Of a DNA stretch of 64,000 nt, positions 1 through 12,649 are shown in pieces. The notes beneath the pieces were generated by a model. That model was not told where the DNA came from. It made no database searches and saw only the letters and a list, made by a program, of their open reading frames with translations. The stretch lies in contig NMRA01000666.1 in assembly GCA_002633005.1 (NCBI GenBank), forward strand, positions 62,001-126,000, read 5' to 3'. The DNA is from Phoronis australis. Lineage: Eukaryota > Animalia > Phoronida. Both the position numbers and the translations under genes were made by a program. The first letter of the stretch is position 1. Each line of letters begins with the position of its first letter.

Positions 1-1970
1 CTGGCACCGGCTGGTGATACAGAATGACAGAACATCGATCGTCAGGCAAAGGAACCGGGATTCCAACTCACATATATTGCTGGGTCTGTGTTGCCAATCA
101 GATGAAGTGACGGAAACGGGTACCTGAAAGCATGCAGCTGCTGTGATATGCAAACTTCTGGTATTGTTGGTCGGCTAAAATGTTCATCACCCTGGGGAGA
201 TGTTCTTCAGCATGTGTGTCCCTCGCTTGAAAAGCATAGTCTCCGCAAAATTCTAGTGTAGCTTAGATCAGCGACTGGGAATGGAAGCCGCCTATCTTGT
301 TGATTTCGGTTACACTAACAATACTGTCCACTCTCAGGTAGACATGAGTGTTGTGTTTGCCCTTCGTGTACACCTACACTGCGAAAATGCCTGCTTTGTC
401 GCGTTGGAGCTAAATAATATACAAGTGGAATTGATTAAAGACTCGGGATATTTTGAGCTTTGACCAAAGTGATTTTTTTTCATATTTACGTGTATTACCA
501 ACATTGAAGCAACATCCGTTCTTTGATAAATTGTTCTCTGGGTTAATTGAAGATGACGATGTACTCATGGTAGGTTAGATTAAGAGTCTAATTTCCACAG
601 ACGCAGCACTATCAGAACTGAACTGAATAGTTTGGTGAATATTTTTGGAGCTGAGCTCATAGCAAAGAGTAGCAATCGGAATTGACAAAGCTGGTGTTGC
701 CATTAAACTTTGCAATGGCACTGTTGATGGGTGTTTATGGCACACAAAACTAAGAATTTTTCAAAACGATTGTGCATATCCAGTCCTTTGGGTGGACTAA
801 AGGCAAAAAAACATTATGATGCCCCCATATTGAAATTTTATTGCGTTGCGAAATAGTTCATGGGCTTCAAGTTGAAGACTTGTGGAAATCCCACTCTTTT
901 GTCTGTCTGAGAAAATGATGTTCCTTCATTTAGGTAATCGAGTGAATTGTCTGCTTGATCACATTGGCGTTCAACAGGTTCTGCATCTTGTCAGAAGGTC
1001 TCTTTTTGAAAGTATATTATTTTGGGTGAAACACTCTGCGCACGTGGTGTTACGTATTCTAACAAATGTGTTCATAAGAGACACTAGGTGAACAGTTCCT
1101 TTATATTATTTTTGTCCAATAGGTGGATCATGTTTTAACAATATTTGCTATTGCAGTTATTGCATGTATATTTGGTTTTACCCACTATAGAGTTCGAAGT
1201 AAAATGGTAACTTGTAGTTTTGAGTTTGCTTAATTTTAATGAGGTGGAATCGAAGGAAATTAAAAAAGATCGTCGAATCAAAATGCCCGTTAATCCCCAG
1301 GTGTATCCAAATGTCTCTCGAAGGTGGCATCCACTCGGGCACGTGAGAGTGAACGTGGGTTTCACACGACTTCTATTTGACTTTGCCTCTCCCTTCCTGC
1401 GCTGAGGAGGACCCGCCGGAAGGACCGGCGCTTGCGACGGCTTCTAAATCGACCTGATGAGGATTTCAGCCAATAACCACCAAAATCGTCAGCTATTGTT
1501 AATGCACTTTTCTGGCTTGTCTAGGCATTGGTTGTGGATATCAGGCTTTACAGTCTGTCTTGTCCAGACCTTAAGCTCGATATTCTGAAAATGGCAATAG
1601 ACTGTCGACAGAAACCCCAGGAGTGCTTTCAAAGATTGTAGTGAATCGAACCGTGTTGTCACAGAGTACGTGTCATTATCAACGTCAATCACTGCGGGGC
1701 GGTACAACTCGGAGAAACTTCGATCTGACGCTGAGCCTGGTGACGACGAGAGGCTCGATCCCAAGGAAGAAACATCATGTGTTGTACGTGCACGATAGCA
1801 CTTGCTCCTTACCTCTCACCAAGTGGATCGTCTGAGAGGCCTGTCACTCTGTCGTGCCTGCAATTTTGATCTGACGCGACAGTTGTTGGCCTGCCGATGC
1901 ACGCCACACCAGACTGTTCAAGAACTTTACTCCTGCTGGGCAACAAATGGCATTCAACCATAACGTAACA
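1..1970 (-). mobile_element. Decayed DIRS-like (tyrosine-recombinase) retrotransposon: gag-like and RT remnants
   Basis: Minus-strand translation with stops and frameshifts gives DIRS-type RT motifs: NLKPMNYF..NFNMG (cf. NLKPLN.F..HFKME), KDWICTIVLKNS*FCVP (cf. GDWMCKIDLKDAYFSVP), WQHQLCQFRLLLFAMSSAPKIFTKL (cf. YQFRVLPFGLSSAPRIFTKL). ORF 1489-1764 has LLGFLS..ELKVWTRQTVKPDIH, resembling DIRS gag-like ELN.RRRE.IKPDL. Boundaries approximate. Confidence 0.7.
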
Positions 1971-2782
1971 AAAGCAATGATGCTCCTTTTCTAAGATCTA
2001 GGAGAACTATATCTCCTCTCAACTTTGAGTACACACATGGGTACATGGTTGCTTCCGAATTGGTGGTTTCATACAGTTTTAGGGAGTGATACACTACCTG
2101 ATCTAATTTTATTCTAACGATATGAAGTGATATTATTTTCTATAAACTTACCTTGTTTGTAGTCTGTTCTTTTACTTATGACATTTTCATTCATGTTTAT
2201 CAAAACTAAAATTGACTTATTAGTGAGCTGTTTCTTCCAAGCGGCACATATTATTTACAATGTTGATCTCGTAAATCACCTAAAGTCAAATGCAATGGCT
2301 GAGTATTGTCGTGTTAGAATCCTAAAGAGATGCCATGGATGGAGCAGGCAGTTGATGTTATCGAGCTACCTTGCACTGGGGTCAGCATAAGATTGTATTG
2401 TTTACCATTAATTCATGTCTGTGTGTGCAACTTAGAGGATATTCATGTAATCAGGCTCGTAAACCAACAAGCAGCTGTCGGAAATTGAGGAGAACCAAGT
2501 GTCGCCTTAACATTCTTGCTACGGTAACGGAAAAGCTGTTTTGGCTAGTCCCGCAATTTTACACATTCTGTGTAAGACAAAGACCAAAATACACAATGTT
2601 AAAATATAAAATTGACAATGGATTTATGCTATTTCGAGTCCAGTGCGAATATGAAAATATTTATGCGTCAATGAAGCGGGCTCTTTTCTAGGATAGTGTG
2701 GATATAATGCCGTGATAGGTAATTCCCATACTTACGAAACCTTGTTCCAATGGCTAGTCTCATTACTTGGCTTTTCATGCAG

Positions 2783-3070
2783 TGAAACACCTTGGATGCA
2801 AAGTTGACGCTAAAGGACTTCGCTATAACGGTTCCGTTAGCATTGCCCACACGGGACAAAAGTGTAGAGTTTGGTCTGATCCGGAAGTTCAGAGGCACAT
2901 GACTAAATATTACTACAAGCTATACTTTCCCTATTGGGAGTGGGATAGAAGCGTGCAGATTTCGAACATTTGTCGAAATCCGGATGGTGAGGAGGGCGGT
3001 CCTTGGTGTTACATAGAAGACGAATCTGTGCCTTCGTGGCGATTTTGCGACATCAAAATTTGTGACGATG
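2783..3070 (+). CDS. Kringle-domain exon (symmetrical phase 1-1, 288 nt) of a kringle-containing protein; partner exons not identified
   Basis: ttttcatgcag acceptor ends at 2782 and G|gtaagt donor starts at 3071. Six Cys with kringle motifs C..GLRYNGSVS..GQKCRVW, NICRNPDG..GPWCY, WRFCDIKIC. Confidence 0.85.
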
Positions 3071-3739
3071 GTAAGTACTAGCATGTCGTGCATTTGTCAG
3101 CTAAACGATTACAAAGTGTAATAGTGCTTACAAGTCAGATAAATGAACAACAAAAATTCCGTGCATTTTGTATTATTCTGCTGATGCGGATTCTTGTATG
3201 GTTTTCATATTCAACTGCTATTAAGAGATATGCTTAATCGCCAGACATTCATCCCGCCAAAGGAAACTTCATGCATCTGTAGCACTAACATTAATTTGAT
3301 GCCTTAAAGGACTACACTCAAAATCGGATTACACTCAAAATCCGTCGTTTAGGTAGACGTGCGAAATACCAATCAACTGCCACTTTGCGCAAGATTTTGA
3401 TATTGTACTTTCGACGAATCAGCTTAGCTCTGCATATCTCCTAAAGTAGGTGCCCGGCACATGTAAACGAACCACTGTAAGAAAACATGACATGGTGCAT
3501 AAAATACGGCCAAGAGTTTTAGAGAATGTATCATCATACAGCTTGCAAGTTGCAAGACACTAATCTCCTCAGCCGCAAACCGCGGATGGAAACACACTTT
3601 CGGCCACTGCTGACAGTGAGCCACCAAATAGTGTCGTTTGGACAGTCATCCTTAGCTGATGCCCACTGTCTGAAGTCATTCCTTTATAGTTCCAGTACAA
3701 GTTGTGGAAGATGCTCTCTCTACAACACACTGAAAGTCA

Positions 3740-5930
3740 CTGTTGGTTTCCTAGAGCCACATATACTGGGTCCATTCTGGTCGAATAGAGGCTATATTTG
3801 ACCGTTGACAAAACCACAGGCACACACCTTCACGAACAAAGCTTTACATCTCCAACCTCACACTACTAATTGCTCGTATTGTATCGTCATCCTTCCGTAT
3901 GCATATTCCATTTTCCCCTCCCACGGAACTTTAAACTGAACTCTTTTCAAAAAGTCCCATCAAATCTCGCTCGGTGATCAGCCTAATATAGTCGTGACAT
4001 CGAGGAATCGATTCTAAGTCAATCATTACATTCCTATCACTGGCACCACACAATGGCTTCAGGTGTTCCTCCTTTCTGCACGCGAATTACGCTTTCCCTC
4101 GAGAATGAATTCCATGCTGCTGGCAGTCACACTCGCTGATTTTGTATTTAAGGCATTCCAATGAGCATTCAGTGACAATGACAGAACTTCAAATACCTGA
4201 CTGTGCCGCCAAATGTGCATCTGGAGATATTGCATGCAGCTTGATAGAGCATGATATGGTGTACCACGCTCATTGTGACACCAATTTCAAGTGTCCGAGT
4301 CAGACGTTATTGTTTCGTGTTGGTAGGAGTGGGGATAAAGGAGAAGGCGCTCTTCTGCAAACAGTGAGGTGGATGTTATATTTCGTGGTATCGCCGCACG
4401 TCATGTTTCCACGCCCACTGCTTTTTCTGTGAGACAGCTGTACCTGATTTTCATCTTCACTAAGAGAGCGGGCATCTGAGCCAGTCATTTGGAGACGAAC
4501 TTTTGTACTTGTGCTTGTGAACTACTTGTCGCATGAACAGCCGAGTCTAGCACGTCTGAGTAGCTCAAAAATGCTCGCCTCGGCATTTCCGTTTCAGCTG
4601 CTGACCATTTACGACCGCAATGAAGTTCTGTAACACATAACGAACGACTGGAGCTGTCGAATCACTCATCCTCAGATACAATCTTTCAAATGTGTAAGGA
4701 TTTAATGGTGCACTCTTCGATACGTTGTACCGTTGATAATGGGATTTCATTTCCAGTCCTTGACTTTGGCAAGCGAAATAACCAAGCCACACTCAGTTTC
4801 CCAGCTTTTTGTGATGTCCTGTGACCCAAGGAAGATCAACTCCATTGCCATCAAAAGGACATCAGAGAAATGACCCGTCCCATCAAAATTCCAACTTCCA
4901 CCGGTTATCAGGCTGTTGTGTACTGGTTGGTGGTAAACTGCATCTGCATGGCTGGCTCAAAGTACACCGGGACAATTTCGCTTACTTTCATGGGAAAGTG
5001 GAAGAACGTATTGCCCCAAGTCGCGTGATGCCGAGCTACAGACATTGGTGAAGTCTAACCATGGAGCTCGTACTTGTTTACTTTAGCATGCTGAATGGAG
5101 TTTCAAATCATCTGGGCATGCTCGATGCCACCGGGAAACTTGACACTCCAGACTTTTGCACTGAGGTGTTGATAAATTTGCTGCTGACCAAGAAATTTGT
5201 TCAACGGTTACCAAACGTTCCAAAGAATATCTTTTATTCAACAGTTAATACAGATATCGGAAGAAAACTTCCAGTAGTTGTCGAGTTTTCCTCCTTTAGA
5301 ATCCAGATGACATTATCAAAATGCCACTCCTGGGAAACCAGTCCTTTTCGAGGTTCTCTGAAGTAAGGTCAGATGATGGAGGAATGTACTTCAGTTCTTA
5401 CGTAGTTTATTAGAAATTCGGGTTCCACCCACGGGCACTCTTAGACCTGGTTTTCCGTACAAATTCTTCGGCCCCTCTCATTCCTAAAGGAGACAAGTCA
5501 CATTGAAAACCTGGCACCGGTGGCCGTCGAATGTCGTGTTGGTGTACAGGGTAGAGCTGAATACAACTTTTGTAAATGGTCTTGCAGGTATTTCTTCGGC
5601 ACTCTAACTGTTACACTCTTGGCTTGATGGAGGAGTTCCGTGGAAATTCAAAAAACATTTTTTGGGAAACGACTCTTTGGCTTTTTTTTCGTTTTTTACC
5701 GTTTGCAATAGTGTGCGTTTTAGAGGTGACAAGGATATTCTCCCTGATGTCTTTCACGGTTTGAAGGCCTCTTTTTCCTGATCAGTGACAGCCACTTATT
5801 GCCTTTTTTCAGAAATCTCTGTTAAACTCTGAAATATCCCTTGCGAAATTATCGCGTAGTCGGTCATTACTCCAAAACTTCGACAGGCCTCGCCTCAGCC
5901 GCACCAAAGTTGACGTGACACAGTTCATAT
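3740..5930 (-). mobile_element. Decayed RLE-type non-LTR retrotransposon (HERO/NeSL-like): RT, zinc knuckle and restriction-like endonuclease remnants
   Basis: Minus strand with stops and frameshifts: QEWHFDNVIWILKEENSTTTGSFLPISVLTVE*KIFFG, KFINTSVQKSG..GGIEHAQMI*NSIQHAK, WLDFTNVCSS (cf. WLDLANAYGS), MQFTTNQYTTA..VEVGILM, GTPYHALSSC, and FKVPWEGKMEYAYGRMTIQYEQL (cf. ELTVPWE..AHERK.KY). Boundaries approximate. Confidence 0.8.
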
Positions 5931-6181
5931 ACAATGATACAACATTGACACTACTGTTGATTTAATTAGATTGAACTGGTCATTATATCATCGGCCTCAC
6001 TTCCAGTAATGTCGGTTAGACAGCATCGAAATCCTCAATGCCTCACGGGTTTTTACCGTCTTATAGCTCCGCTCGAATATATCTGTGCCAACCAACAGCA
6101 ATCCCAAAAAAGCGTTTTTCGGGCATCTCGTTAACAGCTTGTAACGACTTTTTTGTCAAAATCTTTGATATATAAATATTC

Positions 6182-6345
6182 AATTCTTAAACCGGCGTGG
6201 AAAGGTATATCACAAGCATTTCTTAAAAGTCTCATCAGCACGCCACCTAGGCCCACAGTGCATGGCCTAATGAATGCAAATCCGGTGACGTGCTGACCAG
6301 AATAAACAATGTTTGCGAAACAATTCCCACGCCGGTTTAAGAATT
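6182..6345. mobile_element. Small MITE-like element with 19-bp terminal inverted repeats
   Basis: aattcttaaaccggcgtgg (6182-6200) is the exact reverse complement of ccacgccggtttaagaatt (6327-6345). Confidence 0.55.
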
Positions 6346-9195
6346 ACATTTTTATACACTCAGGATGTAACAGGCGAGATGCCTAATACTAAGCCTGATT
6401 GGGTTCTTGTATTCGATCGGTGGTCTCGGTGGCACAGTGGACGAGACCTTCTGCACGGTTAGCAGAACGTTCTGGGCTCGAGTCCAGATTGAGGCAGGAG
6501 TCTTTTCAGATTGATATGTGGTGTTGCCGCAGGTGACATGCTTGAAATGTAGATAAGTGGCTTCGCATGGGCGTGCATATCGCCAATTCATCAATTTCTT
6601 ATGCATGTACCATTTAGCAAATGTGTTAAAATGTGTTAAAGTTTAAACTTGTCATATAATATAGACTACTGTGCTCCGTTGCATGAAACAGTCCCGAGTA
6701 GGGACTCAACTAAGTTTCCTTAAAGTTACTCTGAATTTGAGGGTCTTTGAAAACACTGATTTTCCTGTCGTACGCTGTTTTTGACTTTGATAAATATTGA
6801 GAGTGAAGTCGACTTTTAATTCTTAATATAATTGAAAATACGTGAGGATCATTTCATGCAACGTCCATCATTGTTTCGACCTATGTTATTAGAAAATGCT
6901 ATCAGTCAAAAAACAACTCATAATAAATATAAAGTGGTAGAAAAACAGTACATATCTGCCTAAAGAAGCAAAAAAATACGAAAAAGATTCAGGGAGCCTA
7001 TTTGGAAGTGTCTCATGCAACCGGGCACTGGAAAACATTGTGTCATTTCAAAGATCATTCACGACAATATAGATCTGAGCTGCGCACATTTCATGTTTGC
7101 AAGTTCAACCTAATGAGATTGACGAAACCGAGGAGTTTGGAGCGATCGGTCATGGAGAACATTTTAGGCCCAACACCAGTGTGCTTTTCTACAGCCTTGT
7201 TGGCATTTTTACCTATTGGAAACTTTGGCATGCGTAAGTCAATTTAGACCTTAGCATGATTTCGCTCATTTACCACACATTTTCCTGTTGATTAATTGAT
7301 ATGTATTAAAGGCTTGTAAAGACTCTATGAAACATTACTCTGGACGTTTAGTGATGTTATCAAGAGGGTAGAAAACCGATCTTAAGGGTAATGGTTTACA
7401 ACTCACTAGCCAACTCACAAAGGTGCAGTGCCCCATTATTGAATTAGTTGATGTTTTTGTATCCTGCGATGCTCGAAGTCTTGTGTCTTCTGCCAAGTGG
7501 AGAAAATCATGGATTTACATCTTTTGACTTGCAGCTGTTGACAGATTTTCTGGTCGTCAAACTTAGTCTGTATTCGTAAAACAGGCTAAGCCATTAATGA
7601 ATTTGTTTTATACTAAAGCTACGATTAGAATGCCAATAAGATGTTCGAGAAACACAGATAACGTTCGGACAATTGCATTGGCGACGATTTCACAATCAAA
7701 TATCGTGGCAAAACAGTAAGTCCGTTGTAATTTGTAATGTATTTCAGGAGGAAGGCAGTGCTGGATCCTTGAAGAGAAAGTAGACAAGGGAATGAAATAC
7801 ACCTTTCTTATCATCTATAGTCAAGTAAAGTCAACACCATACATGCCGCAACAGACTGGTTGTTTTTGTCGGGGCTTTGTTGGATTCGTTCCCGTGTTGG
7901 AACATAAGGAGCAATTCACAACCGCCTAAAAAGGTTCTCCGCTTTGGATTTCGCAAATTTAGAGGTGGCCAACCTCTAAAGCGTTTCCTTGCGTCGCTGT
8001 TGGCAATAAAAATAGAAAAGTACTACAACAAGGAATATTATGAGACCAATTTCATGAGAGTAAAAGACCTAAGTCCTTAGCCAGCATTGTGGGGGGGCGG
8101 TTCGAATTTCTAAAACGGTGGACCTTTTGGTTATGTTTTGCAAACGCTGGTATTGTAATTTTTTCTGTAGCTCCCTTACGCAACTAAACTCGGCTGAAGG
8201 GAATCTGCATACTCGACGATGACTCTCAGCTCAGTTTTCCCGAGATGCGACGCAATTCGTAGGCCTATCCCACAAAGAAGGATGCCAAATTCCGACGTTA
8301 TGTAGCCCAAAAAGTTTTTTCTCTGGTTTACTGAGCGTTACCCTCTGCCAAAGTTTCGAAACATGCGTGCTTAAATGAGTGATTAAACTCAATGATCGGA
8401 AGGAAGTATTTAGTCAGAGAAGTACTTGAAATTTTAGTCAGAGTGCACGTGTTGCTTGAGTTACTCAAAACGTTGGAAAAGGGATTAGCCCACTACTCCG
8501 AAAAATCACTACTCTGAAGGTCCACAACTCCAAAAATATATGAATTTTCGGACTTCGTGCAATTTTTATACTCCCATATGCAAAATAGACGGTATTTCGG
8601 TTATTGGACGCAGTGGCCGGTGCACTAATATATCGAAAACAACGCCCGGGTACAAACACACAATGTTCGAGTTTCTTGAGCATGCAAAATTGGGCTACAA
8701 ATTATGTCTTATGAATACGAAAAACTTAATGCGTAATTGCATATGTTAAGATTCCATATCATGTGTAGCGCAGGACTGAAATGAGTGGGTGGCTGTAGAC
8801 CCCCGCCCCATGAGGTGCGCTGTCCATGGACTATGGTCGGCGCAACTCTGAAATGAGTGGGGTGCCCGGTCGCCTTCTATGATCGTTTCACAGCGAGACT
8901 GAAAAGTTTGTCCGTTACTTTACCTACCGCATCGGAACTAAGAGTGTGACCAGGTCGAAACTAACTGCAGTAATCTAGCCAATCCGTGCTAGTCTTTACC
9001 AAGTGAGACAGTCTCATCCTGTGTTCTCAAATTTAAAGCCGTCCATTTGTCGCCGTAGCCATGAAATAAAATATATCCGTGCCCAAAGATGTCCCTGTTT
9101 GAGTATGAGTCGTGAGATTCAAGAATCATGATTGTTAGTGATTTAAACTGAGCAATCAATGTTTTAAGAATTATTCCACTTTTGCACACACTTTA

Positions 9196-9268
9196 CTCGG
9201 GCGGTGCAGCACTGAAAAAAGTGTGGCTATAGCCCCTTCCCCCAGCCCCATATGGTATGCCACCTATG
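9196..9268. repeat. ~70-bp dispersed mini-element; second copy at 16393-16460
   Basis: Both loci share gggcgg(t/c)gcagcactg(a/g)aaaa..gct(a/g)tagcc..cagcc..tatggt..gccacc; the 16393 copy has imperfect TIRs atgggcggcgca / tgcgccacccat. Confidence 0.55.
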
Positions 9269-9380
9269 CTTTCAAAGGTTACTAAATGGACACAAATAGA
9301 ACATTATATTTTATGCATGTCAGTTCTTCCTCGAATTAGCTGACATTCAGAGTAATAAATTGTCCGAGTTGGAAACTGGT

Positions 9381-9450
9381 TTCGGAATAGTGAACATTCA
9401 GAATTGTAGACCTTCGGAGCAGTGAACCTTCTGAGTAGTGACATGTAACC
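9381..9450. repeat. Degenerate 16-bp tandem repeat (about 4 copies), probably subterminal repeats of a non-autonomous element
   Basis: ttcggaatagtgaaca / ttcagaattgtagacc / ttcggagcagtgaacc / ttctgagtagtgacat. Confidence 0.5.
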
Positions 9451-10586
9451 TTGCAAATCTCTTCCATGAAGTCGGCAATGTCGTGCGCCACTGACAACAG
9501 TTAAACGAGGAGACTTCTTGATTGACTAAAGGTTCTTATTAGGTCTAAAGCTACATTTTTCAGATAATGTGAATGGGCTTGTCGCAGAGATTTTCTCAGT
9601 AAAAGAGCACAAGGTAGTGAAATGTCTGTTTTTTTGAGCGACGACAGAGGACTGCCTATTGAAGTTACGTGTACTGAATTTATAAAAATGAAAACGCACA
9701 CGCACAAGCAAATCGTGCTCTGGGTGAAACACATTCGGCGATCACTTTCAATTCGAAATTCAAAAAAGCCTGCTCTTCACTATGCAGTCCACTATACCGA
9801 TATAACAGATAACAAAACTTTATTCTGCTATTTGCTGATTGGTCAATTTTAAGGCATTCACATACAACTTTTTAGGAACTCTTGCTGCTACGTAGGTATA
9901 GGCATTTACTTCTAGGACCCTGTTACCCTATGATATATTCACCACGCACGTTCAAGGTACGTGGTAGTCGGTGCAATAACATAAAATGCCCTCTACTCTG
10001 CTGCACGCTCCTGTCATCCACGCAAACACACCTGGCCACTTGACAAAGTTGCCGCGCACGGCCGAAGTGATTACGTAAAGCGCTGTGAATAGGAATCAAA
10101 ATCGAAACTAGTACCAACTTGATTATTATTGCACTTAGTAACACAATTCACAACTGCAACAATTTTGTTGTCGTCGTTTCATAAATACAATCCTATCCGT
10201 AATGGATGTGCTCGGGCTGCACCGTTTTCGCGGGGTAACCGGTATGTTATTCATATGAATACAGGACACTATCGTAAACAAAAGTCATCGACAGTAGAAA
10301 GAAGCATTCTGAAGGCGCAATCACAATTTCTAGGCTTCACATTTCCTGAACATAAATTTTAAGCACCGATTTGTCTGTACAACAGACCACATTTACACTT
10401 CAGCCCATCAGTCATGCCAGTTTGTTCGTGTAAAGCGCTGCCTGTTGAGAATTCGAGTAGCCAATGTAAAAAATTAACCCTGGAAAATTAAGTGATACTT
10501 GCGTGCTGGCGCGGCTACCGCTCTACCTAGCGGCGCGCAGGGAACCAGCGACGCGGGGAACAAGCGAGAAATTGTCATTGCTCATA

Positions 10587-10602
10587 TGACCTCTATTGAC
10601 CT
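10587..10602 (-). promoter_or_regulatory. Perfect DR4 nuclear-receptor-type element (AGGTCA n4 AGGTCA) in the putative TRIM promoter
   Basis: TGACCT CTAT TGACCT at 10587-10602; two TGAGTCA (AP-1) sites at about 10639 and 10743; candidate 5'UTR donor gg|gtaaga at 10784. Function is inferred. Confidence 0.3.
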
Positions 10603-11010
10603 AACTATAGACATCTTGTGATGTCTGGACCCAACACTGAGTCAACAATCCTGTGTTGCTGGCCTGTAAACGTAGAGTGATGCACACAGTACTGCTGTGA
10701 CTGGCGTCGTCGGTTGTTTTAGACCGAATAACTGCTAAGAATTGAGTCACTCTGGCTGGTGAGCGACTTTAATCGACATTTGGGTAAGACTAAGATGCAT
10801 TTATCTCACTTTGTTTATGCCATTTTAATACGTACATGTAAGGGAGTAGTTTAACTTTGGTTGGGCCGCATTCATTAATAGATTTCTTCGAAATGACCCT
10901 TGGCTAATTGGGTTCACAACCCGTCATAGTGGATAGGTCCGTCAGACGTTTGATTTTGGAATATTTGAAGAATTTCAGAAGGATTTACCTAGTGAAACTC
11001 CTTTCCTACA

Positions 11011-11077
11011 TACACGCGCACACGCATGCAAGCACACGCAGACACACGCGCTTACACACACACACGCGCACACACAC
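11011..11077. repeat. Degenerate (CA/CG)n microsatellite
   Basis: tacacgcgcacacgcatgcaagcacacgcagacacacgcgcttacacacacacacgcgcacacac. Confidence 0.7.
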
Positions 11078-12649
11078 TCCTGCACTAGGTCTGCGAGACC
11101 CAATTTTTGGAAAGAATAAGTTACCCATAAATCGGTGAGATAGGTTTGTTTTTTGGCAAGATATAAGTTTGAAGCTTTGAGTTTGAAAGGTTACAAGGAC
11201 GGATTGAGAACCAGGTGGGACGGCCTATAGGCTAGCTAACAATCAGGTACGCAATTTCTTCGAAATCTAAGGCAGTTTAAATGCCACATGTGTTAATACG
11301 CTGTAGGTAAATAACTATAAAGCTTCGAAAGGCGTTTTTATGTTCAGTGGTTGTGTTGCTTGTGGTCTGTTTGACAAAAAATAATGAACTATATCTCACT
11401 TTTCTAGACAAGAGTTTCGAACGATAGTCACAGTGTGACGTTGGCCAGGATTCTCTTTCATGAAAAATGATAACAACTGCCTCTGAAATGATCAAAAGTG
11501 ACATGTCTCTGAGAATAGACACATAACTGCCAGTTACTGAGCTAACTTCTAGGAATAGTTTCTAGACTGCGATGCGCTCGTCATTATTTATCTGGGTCTT
11601 TAGTGAAGTGGAAGCATGTAAGGACAGATTCCCTTTAACTGGAGTTACTTTTCATGAAACACGCCCACGTTATTTTGTCTACCAAATCCTCGCTCATTAC
11701 AACAAGCTTCCCATCAATGTTGAGCTCTTAAAAACGGAGAGTGTATAAACCACTTTTAGCTATCTCATAATATTCCTTACCATTAGAGGAGATTCCATTT
11801 TCGTTACCAATAAGAACATTAAAACCAAAACCATTAAGAAAACATTTCAATTTTTCGGAATTGTCACATTTTAATCACCCATTACCTGTGATTGAGCTGC
11901 CGTCTCACTATTCAAGATAACTGGATTGGATGTGTGTAGTGACGTTTGAGCATATTCAAAGCTCCACCTGTATTTATGTAGGTGTATCCAGTGTCAAACA
12001 TACCCTCGGTTGATTACCCTCCATTGACACATTTTACGTGGAAACTCCAATAGTTATATGCACGTAGGTGTCCACAGTTGTGCATGACAAGAAAAAATAC
12101 CAAGTAGGAATAGTGCAACTTAAATACCAAACTGTGTTGGACTTCGAGTAGGGACGGAAAGTGATCACGTCACACCTCTAGAAACTACTCCAACTGGAAG
12201 ACGAACAATATGTGGCGGTGGCCTATTCACTTATTAACACGTTGTTCAAACGGCAACATCCAAACAGTAACTTTAAACTCTGAAGCTCATGCCGCAGCTT
12301 TCATTTGTTTTTTGGCCCGATGTAATTTACCATTGAGGAGTTGAATGAGCTAGAACTATAATGGTGGAATCTTCTACTGAAACTACCGGGTACCCAAGGG
12401 CGACGTCATACAATTCGTCCCCTTGTCTAAACAGGGGCAAGTGCTTCTTTAAACGAACTTCTTTAGCAACACACATGCACATCGTTCCAGCCTCATCCGT
12501 CAACTCTCAAATGGGCTCGACTAGAATGCGTTCATTTTGCAGGCAAGCCTTAATGCCTGTGCATTTTGACTTAAAACAGCCAGAGCAGAGTACATGTAGA
12601 GTAAATGTTTCGAAGTATTTCCGTTCACGCTCCTGTCTCGTTGCAGATA

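Noticed and set aside
1454-1490. CTGATGAG as a possible hammerhead ribozyme core
   Set aside because: No correctly placed GAAA or flanking stems visible.
2671-2718. Possible signal-peptide exon for the kringle (MKRALF..|gtaatt)
   Set aside because: In-frame stops; it would need frameshifts to join the kringle exon.
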